From a virus: a stretch of 64,000 bases of DNA. The stretch lies in the IMG/VR virus record IMGVR_UViG_3300045988_153208; one strand, given 5' to 3'. Position 1 is the first letter of the stretch, and each line of letters begins with the position of its first letter. A model generated the notes under the pieces. That model was not told the origin of the DNA, did no database searches, and saw only the letters and a program-made list of their open reading frames with translations. The position numbers and the translations under genes were made by a program. Positions 1 through 9,379 of the stretch are shown here, one piece after another.

Positions 1-2
1 CA

Positions 3-935
3 GGAAAATTAGGAGAAATTCCTTGGAATGAATCTGCCAAAATTCGTCCAATGGATTTAGGATTTTTTGATCCTTATATTTCAGTATATAAAATTCAAGA
101 CCGTGGTTGGCCAACAGAAGATATATTGCGTGATTATATTTTATATACTAGTGAGTATGATAATCTGCCTGGTATTATATACAATACAAATTATTATACC
201 TCAAAAACTAATTGTTATATGACGTTTACTGATGAATAGTATTTGCCTTGTGTAATTCGTCAAGCCCAAAGAATTAAATATTTAAATTCTAAATATGAAT
301 ATATTGTAATGGTAGATGAAAATGATTTAGTTTCTTAGGAAGTATTAAAAGAAAATAATATCCATTATATTTTAATTCAATAGGAAATATATAAAACTCA
401 ATTCGACCGTTTTCAAAAAACGTTCAATAAATTTAAAATAATTGATTATTTAGATAAGTATGAAAAAATTTGTTGGTTAGATGCAGATACTATTTTAATT
501 AAGAATATTGATTATCTATTTGATAAAATGTCTACAGATTGTTAGTTTTTAGGATCTATTGATAATAATTTAAATAGAATTGAAGGCGGAATTTTTATTA
601 TTTCAGATAAAATTGATTTAGATAATTTTAAAATACAATTATACAAAAATTAGTTTATTTGCCCTCATGATGAAGCTTTTTTAACCATATATTTTTAGAC
701 ACAATATAATGTTAATCTTTCTTATATGGCTCCTTTTCATTTACATTTTTCAGGATATATTAAATTATTTAATTATAAAAATTTTCCCTTAATTAAAAAA
801 ATATTTTATGATTTATCTCCATTAGATTTTAATAAATATATAGACACTCATTTAAATGAAATAACTAATACTATTGATTATTGGAATAAATTTAGTAATA
901 CTTTAAATAATTTAGAGGAACAAATAAATGAATAA
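3..935 (+). CDS. Glycosyltransferase family 8 (glycogenin/LgtC-like), 5' partial or N-terminally extended; 6 in-frame TAG codons read through
   Basis: Frame-0 translation through TAGs gives NCYMTFTDE-YLPCVIRQAQ...ICWLDADTIL (DxD motif)...HLHFSGYIKLFNY (glycogenin C-terminal motif); merges ORFs 51-239 and 726-935. Confidence 0.55.
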
Positions 936-2067
936 TTGTTATATGACATTAATGACTAATGAAAAATTTTTACCAGCAGTAATAAGATGCAATTAGTCAT
1001 TAAAATATTATAAATCAAAATATCCATTTATAGTACTAATTCCAGAATCGGACCAATATTTACAAGAACAATTAATAAAACATGATATATTATATAAAAT
1101 TATCCATGTAGATAAATTTCAAGAAGGTAATATTTTATTTACTTATAATGATACAATTAATAAATTTTAGATATTTAATTATGTAGAATATGATTATATA
1201 TGTTTTATTGATGCTGATGTTATTTTTTTTGGAGGTAATATAGATACTGAATTTGATTTGGCTGAAAAAGAAAATTCTAAATTTTACGGATATTTTGAAC
1301 AAGATCATTGGGATAATCAATTGGTAGAATTCGAAAGATTAATGGGCGGTTTATTTATTATTTAGCCAGATATAAATTTTTATCCTCAGCTTAAAAATTT
1401 AGTTTATAATAATCAATAGATGTTTAGTGATGATGAAGAAATTTTAAAACTATTATTTTCATCTTTAACAAAAAAACATTCTGTCCCAGAACCTTACACT
1501 CATTTTGGAGGTTTTATTAAACCTTGGGAATTAAAAAAAACCAATTTATTTATTGAATACTTTTTTTATGAAAATTTATCAATTGATGAAGTTGGATATT
1601 GGTTAGATCATATAGCAATTTTTTTAGGAGAATTTCGAACTTTAAGTAATTGTTATGATAGATATAATTTTAATTCAAATAATGGATTTTTTGTAATTCC
1701 ATAGACAGAAAAAGATATAGAACAATGTATTAATTATTAGATTTTATTTTCAAATTATGGTCATGATTATCCATTAATTATTTGCATTGATCCAATATTA
1801 TTAACCCCAGAAAATGATTTATTAAATAAATTAGATAAGGCTACTTGTAGTTTTAAATTAATTCACAATATAAAAAATAAAAATTTATACTAGCAATTTA
1901 AATTTTTAGAATAGGAATTTAAAGGAGAATATAATAGAATATGTTTTATCTCTAACTTAAATTTTCAATTAGAAGAAAATTTAGATTTATTATTATCTCC
2001 TTTTACTTCTTCAGAAATTAGATTAAAAAAATTAAAAAAATATAAGGATTCATTAATATACATTTAA
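928..2067 (+). CDS. GT8 glycosyltransferase paralog 2 with C-terminal extension; 5 in-frame TAGs; true stop TAA 2065-2067
   Basis: MNNCYMTLMTNEKFLPAVI...ICFIDADV...THFGGFIKPWE; overlaps upstream gene (ATGAATAA); ORF 1420-1704 is an internal fragment. Confidence 0.55.
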
Positions 2068-2068
2068 T

Positions 2069-2794
2069 ATGAAAAAAATTAATTGTTATATGACATTTAC
2101 TGATGAATAGTATTTACCTTGTGTTATTCGTCAAGCACAAAGAATTAAATATTTAAATTCTAAATATGAATATATTGTAATGGTAGATGAAAATGATTTA
2201 GTTTCTTAGAAAGTATTAAAAGAAAATAATATCCATTATATTTCTATTAGGCAAAAATTATTTTCTTAGGCAGCTTCTGGACGCTTTCAAAAAACATTCA
2301 ATAAATTTAAAATAATTGATTATTTAGATAAATATGAAAAAATTTGTTGGTTAGATGCAGATACTATTTTAACTGAAAATATTGATTATTTATTTGATAA
2401 AATGTCTATAAATTGTCAATTTTTAGGATTTTTTAATAAATTAATTAATCAAATGGAAGGAATTATTTTTATTTGTAGTAATCAAATTGATTTAAATAAT
2501 TTTAAATATTTTTTAAGTCAATCATAGATAAATAAAATTAATGACGAAGAAATATTAAATGATTATTTTTTACGACAAAAAAATAGCATTTTTTTTGAAA
2601 AAAATATGTCAATAATTCATTTTAGTGGATTTATAAAATTATTTAATATTTCAGAGGGGTTTCCATTAATTCATAAATTATTTTTTACTATGTCTAATAG
2701 AGAGTTTAATAATTTTATTGACAAATATTTTACTCAACTTAATGATATAGCAATATAGTGGACTGATTTAGTAAATACTTTAGAAAAAATCTAA
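2069..2794 (+). CDS. GT8 glycosyltransferase paralog 3; in-frame TAGs
   Basis: MKKINCYMTFTDE-YLPCVIRQAQRIKYLNSKYEYIVMVDEND near-identical to gene 1 core; WLDADTILTENIDYLFD; IIHFSGFIKLFN. Confidence 0.55.
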
Positions 2795-2797
2795 AAT

Positions 2798-2846
2798 TTG
2801 ATTTTTTTTAAAAAATATAATATAATATATATAGAAAGTTAAGGAA
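2798..2846 (+). promoter_or_regulatory. Conserved phage promoter (TTGATT-17-TATAAT + ATATATAGAAAGTTAAG) driving hairpin+tRNA-Trp
   Basis: Motif instance; followed by 10-bp hairpin TTAAGGAAGA/TCTTCCTTAA then tRNA. Confidence 0.5.
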
Positions 2847-2874
2847 GAGAAAAAATTTCTTCCTTAACATATAT

Positions 2875-2949
2875 AGGTCATTGGTGTAGCGGCTAGCATA
2901 GCGGTCTCCAAAACCGCGGACCTAGGTTCGAGTCCTAGATGGCCTGCCA
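2875..2949 (+). tRNA. tRNA-Trp(CCA)
   Basis: Acceptor AGGTCAT/ATGGCCT, anticodon stem GCGGT/ACCGC loop CTCCAAA, T-arm CTAGG-TTCGAGT-CCTAG, encoded CCA. Confidence 0.75.
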
Positions 2950-3015
2950 TAGATTTTATACACAGGAGTGATTTGTATAAAATTTTATATTTCGTATTTT
3001 TATGCAGTTCGTTTT

Positions 3016-3465
3016 ATGAAGCCAAATACTGTGGCTTTATCAACAGCCAAGAGCGACCCACAATGGTTTCATCATGGCTGGGATAGAAGTATAGTATATG
3101 AAGATAAAAATGGCGTTTTAAACGGATTGCGTGCTGAACCATTTGTTCCTCAAACATTTGAAAATGCTGAGGGATATTGCGGTCATTGTGATAAAGACCC
3201 TGTTCATTGTAAATTCATTAAAGCATATCGTGAACAATTAAGCAATCTTGATTTTGACGATATGATGCGTCGATTCAAAAGTATCGCTGAACGAGTGGTT
3301 AAAAATGGTGAAGAGCCTGAAATTGTTTTGCTCGTCCATGAAGCACCGAATAATCCTTGTTCTGAACGCTGGCCCTTGTTTGAGTGGTTTAAAAAGCATG
3401 GGATTGATGCCGAAGAGTATCCAATTATAAAGACACAAAAACCCAATCAAATATTTAATTTTTGA
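3016..3465 (+). CDS. Hypothetical protein (GC-richer, no TAG)
   Basis: ORF 2968-3465; likely start MKPNTVALS; no family recognised. Confidence 0.5.
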   Translation: MKPNTVALSTAKSDPQWFHHGWDRSIVYEDKNGVLNGLRAEPFVPQTFENAEGYCGHCDKDPVHCKFIKAYREQLSNLDFDDMMRRFKSIAERVVKNGEEPEIVLLVHEAPNNPCSERWPLFEWFKKHGIDAEEYPIIKTQKPNQIFNF

Positions 3466-3510
3466 TTTTTATAAAAAAATATATTATAATATATTTAGAA
3501 AGTTAAAGAA
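3462..3510 (+). promoter_or_regulatory. Conserved promoter motif copy (tandem with the 3557-3605 copy)
   Basis: TTGATT 3462-3467, TATAAT 3485-3490, spacer 17. Confidence 0.45.
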
Positions 3511-3556
3511 AGAGAAATTTAAAAAATCTTTAATTTTCTGGGACAAAAAATCTTAA

Positions 3557-3605
3557 TTGATTTTTTATAAAAAATATATTATAATATATTTAGAAAGTTA
3601 AAAAA
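3557..3605 (+). promoter_or_regulatory. Conserved promoter motif copy upstream of tRNA-Phe
   Basis: TTGATT 3557-3562, TATAAT 3580-3585, spacer 17, then ATATTTAGAAAGTTAAAAAAG. Confidence 0.45.
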
Positions 3606-3609
3606 GAAA

Positions 3610-3685
3610 TGCTTGGATAGCTCAACTGGTAGAGCGTTGGCCTGAAGAGCCAAGCGTAGATGGTTCGACCCCATCTCCAAGCACC
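3610..3685 (+). tRNA. tRNA-Phe(GAA)
   Basis: GCTTGGA/TCCAAGC acceptor, D GCTC-AATGGTA-GAGC, anticodon stem TTGGC/GCCAA loop CTGAAGA, T-arm GATGG-TTCGACC-CCATC, CCA. Confidence 0.85.
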
Positions 3686-3690
3686 AAAAG

Positions 3691-3760
3691 GCGTAAACAG
3701 CAAATTTATTTATATAAACATTTAATTTAGGATTAAAAGAGTTGTATACGCGCCTTGTAT
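3691..3760 (+). ncRNA. tRNA-leader structured element (family member): AAGGCG...CAGCAAATTT...CGCGCCTTGTATTT
   Basis: Terminal stem AAGGCG/CGCCTT; shares 5' motif AAGGCnnnnaCAGCAAATTT and 3' GCCTTGTAT with ~11 other copies; immediately precedes a tRNA 5' end. Confidence 0.45.
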
Positions 3761-3794
3761 TTGGGACATTAGCTCAATGGTAGAGCATTCGGCT

Positions 3795-4227
3795 GTGTCA
3801 GATACCTGTAGGAGGTTATACTTTGAACAAATAGCGATAGTGTGAAATTTGTGGCTAGACATTTACAATAATGGATTTAGGATGGACTCGTAAATATTGT
3901 TATGAATGTTCTCCTCACGAAGATGAAAATTGCAGCCATTCTTAGGCTATTACAATTAAACGTCGAGCCATTAAAAAAGCATTAATAAACCGACGAGGTG
4001 GAAAATGCGAAAAATGTGGATATGATAAATGTATGCGAGCATTGGAATTCCATCATTTAGATCCTATGGAAAAAGATTTTGGAATTTCTCGAACACTAAC
4101 AAAATCAATGACAACATTAATTGCTGAGACAGATAAGTGTATTTTATTATGCTCAAATTGTCATGCCGAAGAACACCAAAAGCTATTTGACTTAGGATAT
4201 AGTCAGTTCAACCCTGACATTTGACCC
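3795..4227 (+). other. Non-canonical tRNA intervening sequence carrying an HNH endonuclease ORF (no group I hallmarks: no omega-G, only 76 nt 5' of ORF)
   Basis: Insert begins GTGTCAG and contains complementary CTGACAT 8 nt from its 3' end; T-arm-like hairpin GTCAG-TTCAACC-CTGAC near 3' end. Confidence 0.45.
3871..4224 (+). CDS. HNH homing endonuclease (one in-frame TAG)
   Basis: ...CEKCGYDKCMRALEFHHLDP...LLCSNCHAEEH; ORF 4033-4224 extended upstream through TAG to ATG 3871. Confidence 0.6.
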
Positions 4228-4352
4228 CATAACCGAAGGGTTACAGGTTCGAGTCCTGTATGTCCCGCCAGAGTGGCAACTACTCAAAGAAAATGTTGCG
4301 GGTGGTTTTGGAGTGCTTTCCATCAGTACATAAATAAAAGTGCTCTTGTATG

Positions 4353-4380
4353 CGGGTGTGGTGGAATTGGTAGACACACT
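4353..4380 (+). pseudogene. tRNA 5' fragment (class II acceptor + D-arm: GCGGGTG-TG-GTG-GAATTGGTAGA-CAC) separated from candidate 3' pieces by an HNH gene
   Basis: Acceptor GCGGGTG complements TACCCGC at 5041-5047; no intact anticodon arm can be assembled. Confidence 0.4.
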
Positions 4381-4462
4381 AAAAAAAATTTGGGTAAGTT
4401 TTCCAAAAGTATTAGTAATAATTTTTATAATTATTGAAAGAAAAATAAAGGTGGTTATAAAA

Positions 4463-4921
4463 ATGCGGACTGATATTTTAGAACGAAAAAATGAAATCCT
4501 TAAATGGATTGAAGAAGAATAGCCTAAATGTTATATGTGTCAATAGTTAGGTTGTAAACAAGAAACTCTTAATTCTTATTTAGACAAGATGGGCATTATT
4601 TATGCTGGTCAATAGGCTAAAAAAGGACAATTAAAAGGAACTAATGTTTATAAACCTGCTTCATATTACATCGAAAATAATAAACCAATCGCTTCATTTA
4701 AGCTAAAAGAAAAATTGATTCGTGATGGTTTAAAAGAATGTAAATGCGAAATTTGTGGAATTTCAACTTGGCAAGGGGTAAAACTTCCATTAGAATTACA
4801 TCATAAAAATGGAAATCATATGGATAATACCTTAGAAAATTTACAAATTTTATGTCCTAATTGTCATTCTATTCAAGAGGGTAATAGTGGAGCAAATATT
4901 GGTAAATATTCGGGCGAGTGA
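4463..4921 (+). CDS. HNH homing endonuclease (3 in-frame TAGs), paralog of the 25100 and 14958 copies
   Basis: MRTDILERKNEILKWIEEE...GVKLPLELHHKNGNHMDNTLENLQILCPNCHS. Confidence 0.65.
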
Positions 4922-4929
4922 TGGAACAG

Positions 4930-5051
4930 GAAGACAACTTTGACTTAGAATCAAAGGCCGAGAGGCGTAGGGGTTCAAATCCCCTCTCGCCTACCATCAT
5001 TTAGTAGTCTATTAATTTTGGATCAGTGTGGGTTCGAGTCCCACTACCCGC
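4930..5051 (+). pseudogene. tRNA fragments: Leu(UAG)-type anticodon arm + variable + T-arm + acceptor CTCGCCT-A-CCA (4930-5000), then second T-arm + acceptor TACCCGC-A-CCA (5016-5051)
   Basis: TTTGA-CTTAGAA-TCAAA, AGGGG-TTCAAAT-CCCCT, GTGGG-TTCGAGT-CCCAC; no matching 5' acceptor for the first piece. Confidence 0.4.
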
Positions 5052-5220
5052 ACCATTGTTGATTTTACTATTTTATCAATGTTAGAATGGAAGGGCTCCA
5101 TTCAAATCGCTCAAATCGGGTTGGCCAAGAGGAGAGATAGATGAAAATAGTTTGAGGTGGAGAGTTGGAAAACCTAATAGCTATATTAGGTATACATAAT
5201 GTAGCTATCTCATAAAATTT

Positions 5221-5295
5221 GGGTCTGTATTTCAATGGGAGAAAGCGTCCCTTGCAAGGACGAGGTTGTGCGTTCGAATCGCATCAGATCCACCA
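5221..5295 (+). tRNA. tRNA-Ala(TGC)
   Basis: GGGTCTG/CAGATCC, D TTTC-AATGGGA-GAAA, anticodon stem CGTCC/GGACG loop CTTGCAA, T-arm GTGCG-TTCGAAT-CGCAT, CCA. Confidence 0.85.
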
Positions 5296-5296
5296 T

Positions 5297-5369
5297 ACCG
5301 GATTAGCTTAGGTGGTAGAGCACGTGGATGGTAACCACGAGGTCAACGGTTCAAATCCGTTATCTGGGA
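5297..5369 (+). tRNA. tRNA-Thr(GGT)
   Basis: ACCGGAT/ATCTGGG (1-72 mismatch), D GCTT-AGGTGGTA-GAGC, anticodon stem CGTGG/CCACG loop ATGGTAA, T-arm AACGG-TTCAAAT-CCGTT; no encoded CCA. Confidence 0.65.
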
Positions 5370-5661
5370 AATTATAGTTATGCTAGGCGAGGCCGCCAAC
5401 AGCAACAATTTAATAATAAACCCTTGGTATAATATTAGACTTGAATAATAATATTACTAATAGTTAAATGAAATCGAAAGTAATACTATATATATACATT
5501 ATACCAACAAAAAGAAATAATAAAGTAGATTAAACAAAATGAGTTAAATTGTTGCGATAAGTGCCATTATTAATAATTGGTTAGATTTAGATGAGAGGTA
5601 GAGTTTCTTTTAATGGGTTCTTCTCGTAAACACCTGGAAGATTAAAAAGAATCCTTGTTAT

Positions 5662-5746
5662 GCTCGAATGGCGGAATTGGCAGACGCGATGGCTTCAAGT
5701 ACCATTCTTCAGATAGGTGTGGGTTCAAGTCCCACTTCGAGTACCA
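5662..5746 (+). tRNA. tRNA-Leu(CAA), class II
   Basis: GCTCGAA/TTCGAGT, D GCG-GAATTGGCAGA-CGC, loop TTCAAGT, 13-nt variable arm, T-arm GTGGG-TTCAAGT-CCCAC, A-CCA. Confidence 0.75.
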
Positions 5747-5820
5747 AGGGCAGAGTAGTTAAAATTGGCAGATTTAATTTTCATTATATAATGAAGATTA
5801 AAAAAAGGAGTGCTTATTTT

Positions 5821-6282
5821 ATGGCCCTATAGAAATATACTAAAGAATGGCTAGAGCAATTATGTGCTGATAGTTATTCATTTGCTGAAGTTTTAAGGAA
5901 AGCCGGTCGAGCCCAAGCAGGAGGTTCTTAGGCTACTTTAAAAAAGAAAATTCAAGAATGGGATATTGATATCTCTCATTTTACTGGATAGAGATGGCAA
6001 GCAACGCCAATGTAGCGAGAAAAACGTTCACCTGAAAATTTATTTGTTTATGGTAAAGAAACAAATAATTAGACTTTACGGAAATATTTATTAGATTATA
6101 ATTTAATTGAATATAAATGTTCAGAGTGTGGATGTGATGGAAATTGGCGAGGTAAAAAAATTAGTTTAGAACTTCATCATAAAGATGGAGATCATAAAAA
6201 TTGTTTAGTAGATAATTTAACATTTTTATGTCCAAATTGTCATGCTGCGACTGAAAATTATGGTAGTAAAAATGTTAAATAA
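5821..6282 (+). CDS. HNH homing endonuclease (5 in-frame TAGs)
   Basis: ...CSECGCDGNWRGKKISLELHHKDGDHKNCLVDNLTFLCPNCHAATENYGSKNVK. Confidence 0.65.
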
Positions 6283-6293
6283 AAAATCCTTAT

Positions 6294-6345
6294 TTGATTT
6301 TTTATAAAAAATATATTATAATATATATAGAAAGTTAAGAAAGGA
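6294..6345 (+). promoter_or_regulatory. Conserved promoter motif copy
   Basis: TTGATT 6294-6299, TATAAT 6317-6322, ATATATAGAAAGTTAAGAAAGGAATG. Confidence 0.5.
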
Positions 6346-6462
6346 ATGAAAGTAATGTTCGACTGCTACAGCGATTATGATACTGAAATTCAGGTTGATG
6401 AATTTGTTGAGCATGAATATCTGACCGGTTGGGAGGAAGAATATTATGAACAGGAAAGCTGA
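6346..6462 (+). CDS. Small acidic hypothetical protein (38 aa)
   Basis: MKVMFDCYSDYDTEIQVDEFVEHEYLTGWEEEYYEQES; RBS AAGGAA upstream. Confidence 0.3.
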   Translation: MKVMFDCYSDYDTEIQVDEFVEHEYLTGWEEEYYEQES

Positions 6463-6601
6463 CTTAAAGAAAACTGGTGATGAACTCCAAGCATATCTCC
6501 AGTTCCGGCGTCGTGGCTCTAAGGTTGAAAACCGTAAAGGTAAAGGTGCCTACACACGAAAACAGAAGCACAAAAATCAAGAGAAATATTGTGCTTAATA
6601 T

Positions 6602-6678
6602 GGCGTACTCGTCTAATGGTTTAGGATATGAGATTCTCAATCTCATGATCGCGAGTTCGAATCTCCGGTACGTCACCA
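6602..6678 (+). tRNA. tRNA-Glu(CTC)-like (imperfect T-stem)
   Basis: GGCGTAC/GTACGTC, anticodon stem TGAGA/TCTCA loop TTCTCAA, T-loop TTCGAAT with 3-bp stem, A-CCA. Confidence 0.5.
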
Positions 6679-6774
6679 ATGAATTCGGGGTGGTGGCCGA
6701 ATTCATGAGTTATGACTAAAAAGTCAAGCACAGTTGCACAAAACAAAAATGGTGGGTTTGATCTCCCACCGCCT

Positions 6775-6851
6775 GGTCCTGTGGACGAATTGGTAGAGTT
6801 ACCACCCTTTCAAGGTGGGGTTTGCGGGTTCAATCCCCGCCAGGATCACCA
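6775..6851 (+). tRNA. tRNA-Glu(TTC)
   Basis: GGTCCTG/CAGGATC, anticodon stem CCACC/GGTGG loop CTTTCAA, T-arm GCGGG-TTCAATC-CCCGC, A-CCA. Confidence 0.75.
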
Positions 6852-7042
6852 TTAGATAGAATTTACTATCTAATAAAGAATATAGACAGAACTTACTGTC
6901 TCTAATAAAAAAGTCTGGGAAACCTAATACGCCGCAAGTAGGAAGGATTAGGGGTTGATTGTAAGCCGTTAAACAATCCGTATTTCACTGAGACTGGTGA
7001 TGACGATAACAAAGGGGTGTGGCCAACCCAAATGTCGAATAT

Positions 7043-7116
7043 GGCTCCGTAGTTCAGATGGCTAGAATGCCTGACTGTCTATCAGGAGGTCGCGGGTTCA
7101 AGCCCCGCCGGAGTCG
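7043..7116 (+). tRNA. tRNA-Asp(GTC)
   Basis: GGCTCCG/CGGAGTC, D GTTC-AGATGGCTA-GAAT, anticodon stem CCTGA/TCAGG loop CTGTCTA, T-arm GCGGG-TTCAAGC-CCCGC, discriminator G. Confidence 0.8.
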
Positions 7117-7243
7117 CGTCTTCAATCAAGCAACCTCTACGTGGTGAAGATAGAAACATTCATTAATTTGGATGGCTAATGCTTGGGCGACATCTTGTAA
7201 TAATGTCGCCATAAAATTGAAATATAATGAAAGGACTGATAAT

Positions 7244-7876
7244 ATGGTCGGTAAAATTTATTGTATTTCAAATGATATAAACAATAAAGTTTATATTGGT
7301 AAAACTACTTATCCCACAGTTGAATAGCGATTTTAGGAACATTGTCGAGATAGTCGTAAAATTAATAAAGAAAAACGTCCTTTATATAATGCGATGCGAA
7401 AATATGGTATTGAACATTTTTCTATTTCCTTAGTTGAAGAATGTGATTTATCTATTTTAGAAACTCGTGAATAGTATTGGATTGATATTTATGATAGTTA
7501 TAATAATGGATATAATGCTACTATCGGAGGCGATGGCAAGCAATTATATAATTATATACTATTTGTTGAAGATTATCAAGATGGTATGTTAGTTGAAGAA
7601 ATTGCTAAAAAATATGGTTGTGATCATTCAACTGTATCTAAAGCTTTACATTTAAATAATATTGATGGTAATACAAATGCTTTAAATAAACGGAAAAATA
7701 AAGTTTCTCAATATGATTTAAATGGCAATTTTATTCAAGAATTTGAATCTTAGCGTGCTGCGGCTCGATATTTAATTTCTCAGGGACATAAAGGAGCAGT
7801 TGCTTCCATTACAACTAATATCGGTCGTGTTTTAAAAGGTCAAAGAAAATCTGCTGAGGGATTTTTTTGGAAATAA
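7244..7876 (+). CDS. GIY-YIG homing endonuclease (3 in-frame TAGs)
   Basis: MVGKIYCISNDINNKVYIGKTTYPTVE-RF-EHC...YNGYNATIGGDG; paralog of the 17923 copy. Confidence 0.65.
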
Positions 7877-8025
7877 TTTATTTATAATAATAATTGAAAC
7901 TGTCAAAATATCGGAGCATTGATTCTAAACAGCCCTCTTCGAGGCACAATCGCAATTATTATTTCTACTTATTATCGCTTTTAGTAGAGAATCGAAATAT
8001 TATTTGCCTACCTTAGTAGGCATAT

Positions 8026-8101
8026 GCCTGTGAAGCTTATGCGGATAAGCGATGGTGTCATAAGCCATAGACAGTTGGTTCGAATCCAACAACAGGCACC
8101 A
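8026..8101 (+). tRNA. tRNA-Met/Ile2(CAT), elongator type
   Basis: GCCTGTG/AACAGGC (7-66 mismatch), D GCTT-ATGCGGAT-AAGC, anticodon stem ATGGT/GCCAT loop GTCATAA, T-arm GTTGG-TTCGAAT-CCAAC, A-CCA. Confidence 0.6.
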
Positions 8102-8181
8102 TTGCGGGCGAGTGGAACGGATTTACCATACTGGCCTCATAAGCCAGTGATACTGGGTTCGACTCCCAGGCAACGCAACCA
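8102..8181 (+). tRNA. tRNA-like with initiator-type anticodon arm (CTGGC-CTCATAA-GCCAG, three G-C pairs) but unpaired acceptor stem
   Basis: Anticodon arm identical in pattern to bacterial tRNA-fMet; T-arm CTGGG-TTCGACT-CCCAG; 3' GCAACGC-A-ACCA does not pair with the 5' end. Confidence 0.35.
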
Positions 8182-8183
8182 TT

Positions 8184-8268
8184 AAGACGCATCCAGCAAA
8201 TCATTTACTGGTTAAGAATTTAGTCTTCAAAACTGAAAACGAATGGGTTCGAGTCCCTATTGCGTCTT
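8184..8268 (+). ncRNA. tRNA-leader/tRNA-like element (family member A): AAGACGC-AT-CCAG-CAAATCATTTA-CTGG ... GGGTTCGAGTCCC ... GCGTCTT
   Basis: 7-bp terminal stem AAGACGC/GCGTCTT, D-arm-like CCAG/CTGG, T-loop-like GGG-TTCGAGT-CCC. Confidence 0.45.
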
Positions 8269-8320
8269 GAAATAATAAACAATAAAATTAATATATAAGG
8301 CATTAACAGCAATTATCTTT

Positions 8321-8392
8321 TCCAGAATAGCTCAGCTGGTTAGAGCACTTTCCAAAAGAAAGAGGTCTACGGTTCGAATCCGTATTCCGGAG
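8321..8392 (+). tRNA. tRNA with non-canonical anticodon loop (CAAAAGA, A at position 33); identity unresolved
   Basis: TCCAGAA/TTCCGGA (4-69 mismatch), D GCTC-AGCTGGTTA-GAGC, stem CTTTC/AAGAG, T-arm TACGG-TTCGAAT-CCGTA. Confidence 0.4.
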
Positions 8393-8441
8393 CGTAAAGA
8401 TAGTGCCTAGTAGAAAAACATCCAAAAGGAGAAATTTAAGT

Positions 8442-8633
8442 ATGAAATTTGTTCCCGGCGATAAAGTGTTTTGTAAGAAATACGGTAAGGGTTTTGTCCA
8501 TAAGATTGACGAGACTGAGAAGGATTGGTTCTACGATTTTCATTTCGCTGATGGAACGCGAATTTGGATGTCGCAGGCTGATGGCGAGCGATACGTAAAA
8601 CATCGTAAGAAGGTTGCTCCTACAGCAGAGTAA
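8442..8633 (+). CDS. Small hypothetical protein (63 aa)
   Basis: MKFVPGDKVFCKKYGKGFVHKIDETEKDWFYDFHFADGTRIWMSQADGERYVKHRKKVAPTAE; RBS AAAGGAG. Confidence 0.45.
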   Translation: MKFVPGDKVFCKKYGKGFVHKIDETEKDWFYDFHFADGTRIWMSQADGERYVKHRKKVAPTAE

Positions 8634-9191
8634 TAAAAAATCATTTTCCCTCTTTTTAATAAGTCCTTTCTTTTTTGTTAAGACCCACAATGAGAGATCC
8701 ATACATATGACATAATATGTGCCTTCTAAATGATATTTGGTTGCAAGTCCATGTAAATCTAAATATTTGCACAAATAGACCGTATGGCTGTGGGATTGGT
8801 TATCTCTTTCTATATATTTTGAAGTATATAGAAACAAAAGACTATTATATGGAACGAGTCTTTTACATCTAGCCTGTAGATTGCGTTCATTTGTGTATCT
8901 CCTTTGTTTTAAGTTTGGCATAGATTGGTTTTTCCTTTATTTCTAACTTCACAATACAGGTCGTTTTTCTACGTTCCATTTTTGCCTTATTAAGAATAGG
9001 AGGGAATTTAAATGTTTCATGATATTGATGACATGATTTTCGGATCAGAGGATTATCCATGTGTTAGCGAGAGATAATCCGCGTTTAATGCAGCCGATGG
9101 CGGTTCCAAGTCCGTAAAAATGCAGAGGAAACGCGGTTAGTGAAAATTCGCTAATTTTCTTATTTTTATACGAAATTTCATAAACGCATAT

Positions 9192-9281
9192 GTAGATATG
9201 GCAGAGTGGTTGAATGCGGTGCCCTGCTAAGGCATTAGTCGCGTGAGCGGCTCGAAGGTTCAAATCCTTCTATCTACGCCA
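9192..9281 (+). tRNA. tRNA-Ser(GCT), class II
   Basis: GTAGATA/TATCTAC, anticodon stem GTGCC/GGCAT loop CTGCTAA, long variable arm, T-arm GAAGG-TTCAAAT-CCTTC, G-CCA. Confidence 0.8.
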
Positions 9282-9282
9282 T

Positions 9283-9359
9283 GTGGCTATAGTTCAGATG
9301 GTAAGAACGTCTGGTTGTGGCCCAGAAGGTCGGCAGTTCGAATCTGCCTAGCCACCCCA
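9283..9359 (+). tRNA. tRNA-His(GTG)
   Basis: GTGGCTA/TAGCCAC, anticodon stem TCTGG/CCAGA loop TTGTGGC, T-arm GGCAG-TTCGAAT-CTGCC, discriminator C, CCA. Confidence 0.8.
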
Positions 9360-9379
9360 AATCCAATAGGAGGATAGTA

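Larger units (their letters stand above)
3763..4270 (+). tRNA. Split tRNA(CAU) (Met/Ile2-type): exon 1 3763-3794, exon 2 4228-4270, 433-nt intervening sequence in anticodon loop between U33 and C34
   Basis: 5' GGGACAT-TA-GCTC-AATGGTA-GAGC-A-TTCGG-CT ... 3' CATAA-CCGAA-GGGTT-ACAGG-TTCGAGT-CCTGT-ATGTCCC-G-CCA; perfect 7-bp acceptor and 5-bp anticodon-stem complementarity across the insert. Confidence 0.6.

Noticed and set aside
1135-1320. Short reverse ORFs in the first 3 kb (1135-1320, 3204-3446, 3238-3450)
   Set aside because: They lie inside the TAG-recoded GT8 genes or the 3016-3465 ORF on the opposite strand, with no RBS or homology.
4222-4224. TGA also recoded (e.g. to Trp, code 4)
   Set aside because: Genes terminate cleanly on TGA as well as TAA (e.g. 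4919-4921, 34397-34399, 48369-48371), no homology continues past TGA codons, and tRNA-Trp has a standard CCA anticodon.
3795-4227. Group I intron interpretation for the inserts in tRNA(CAU), tRNA-Gln and tRNA-Lys
   Set aside because: There is no terminal G at the 3' ends. Only 76 nt (tRNA-CAU) or 121 nt total (tRNA-Gln) are available for a core. The conserved minihelix ends instead suggest a different excision mechanism.
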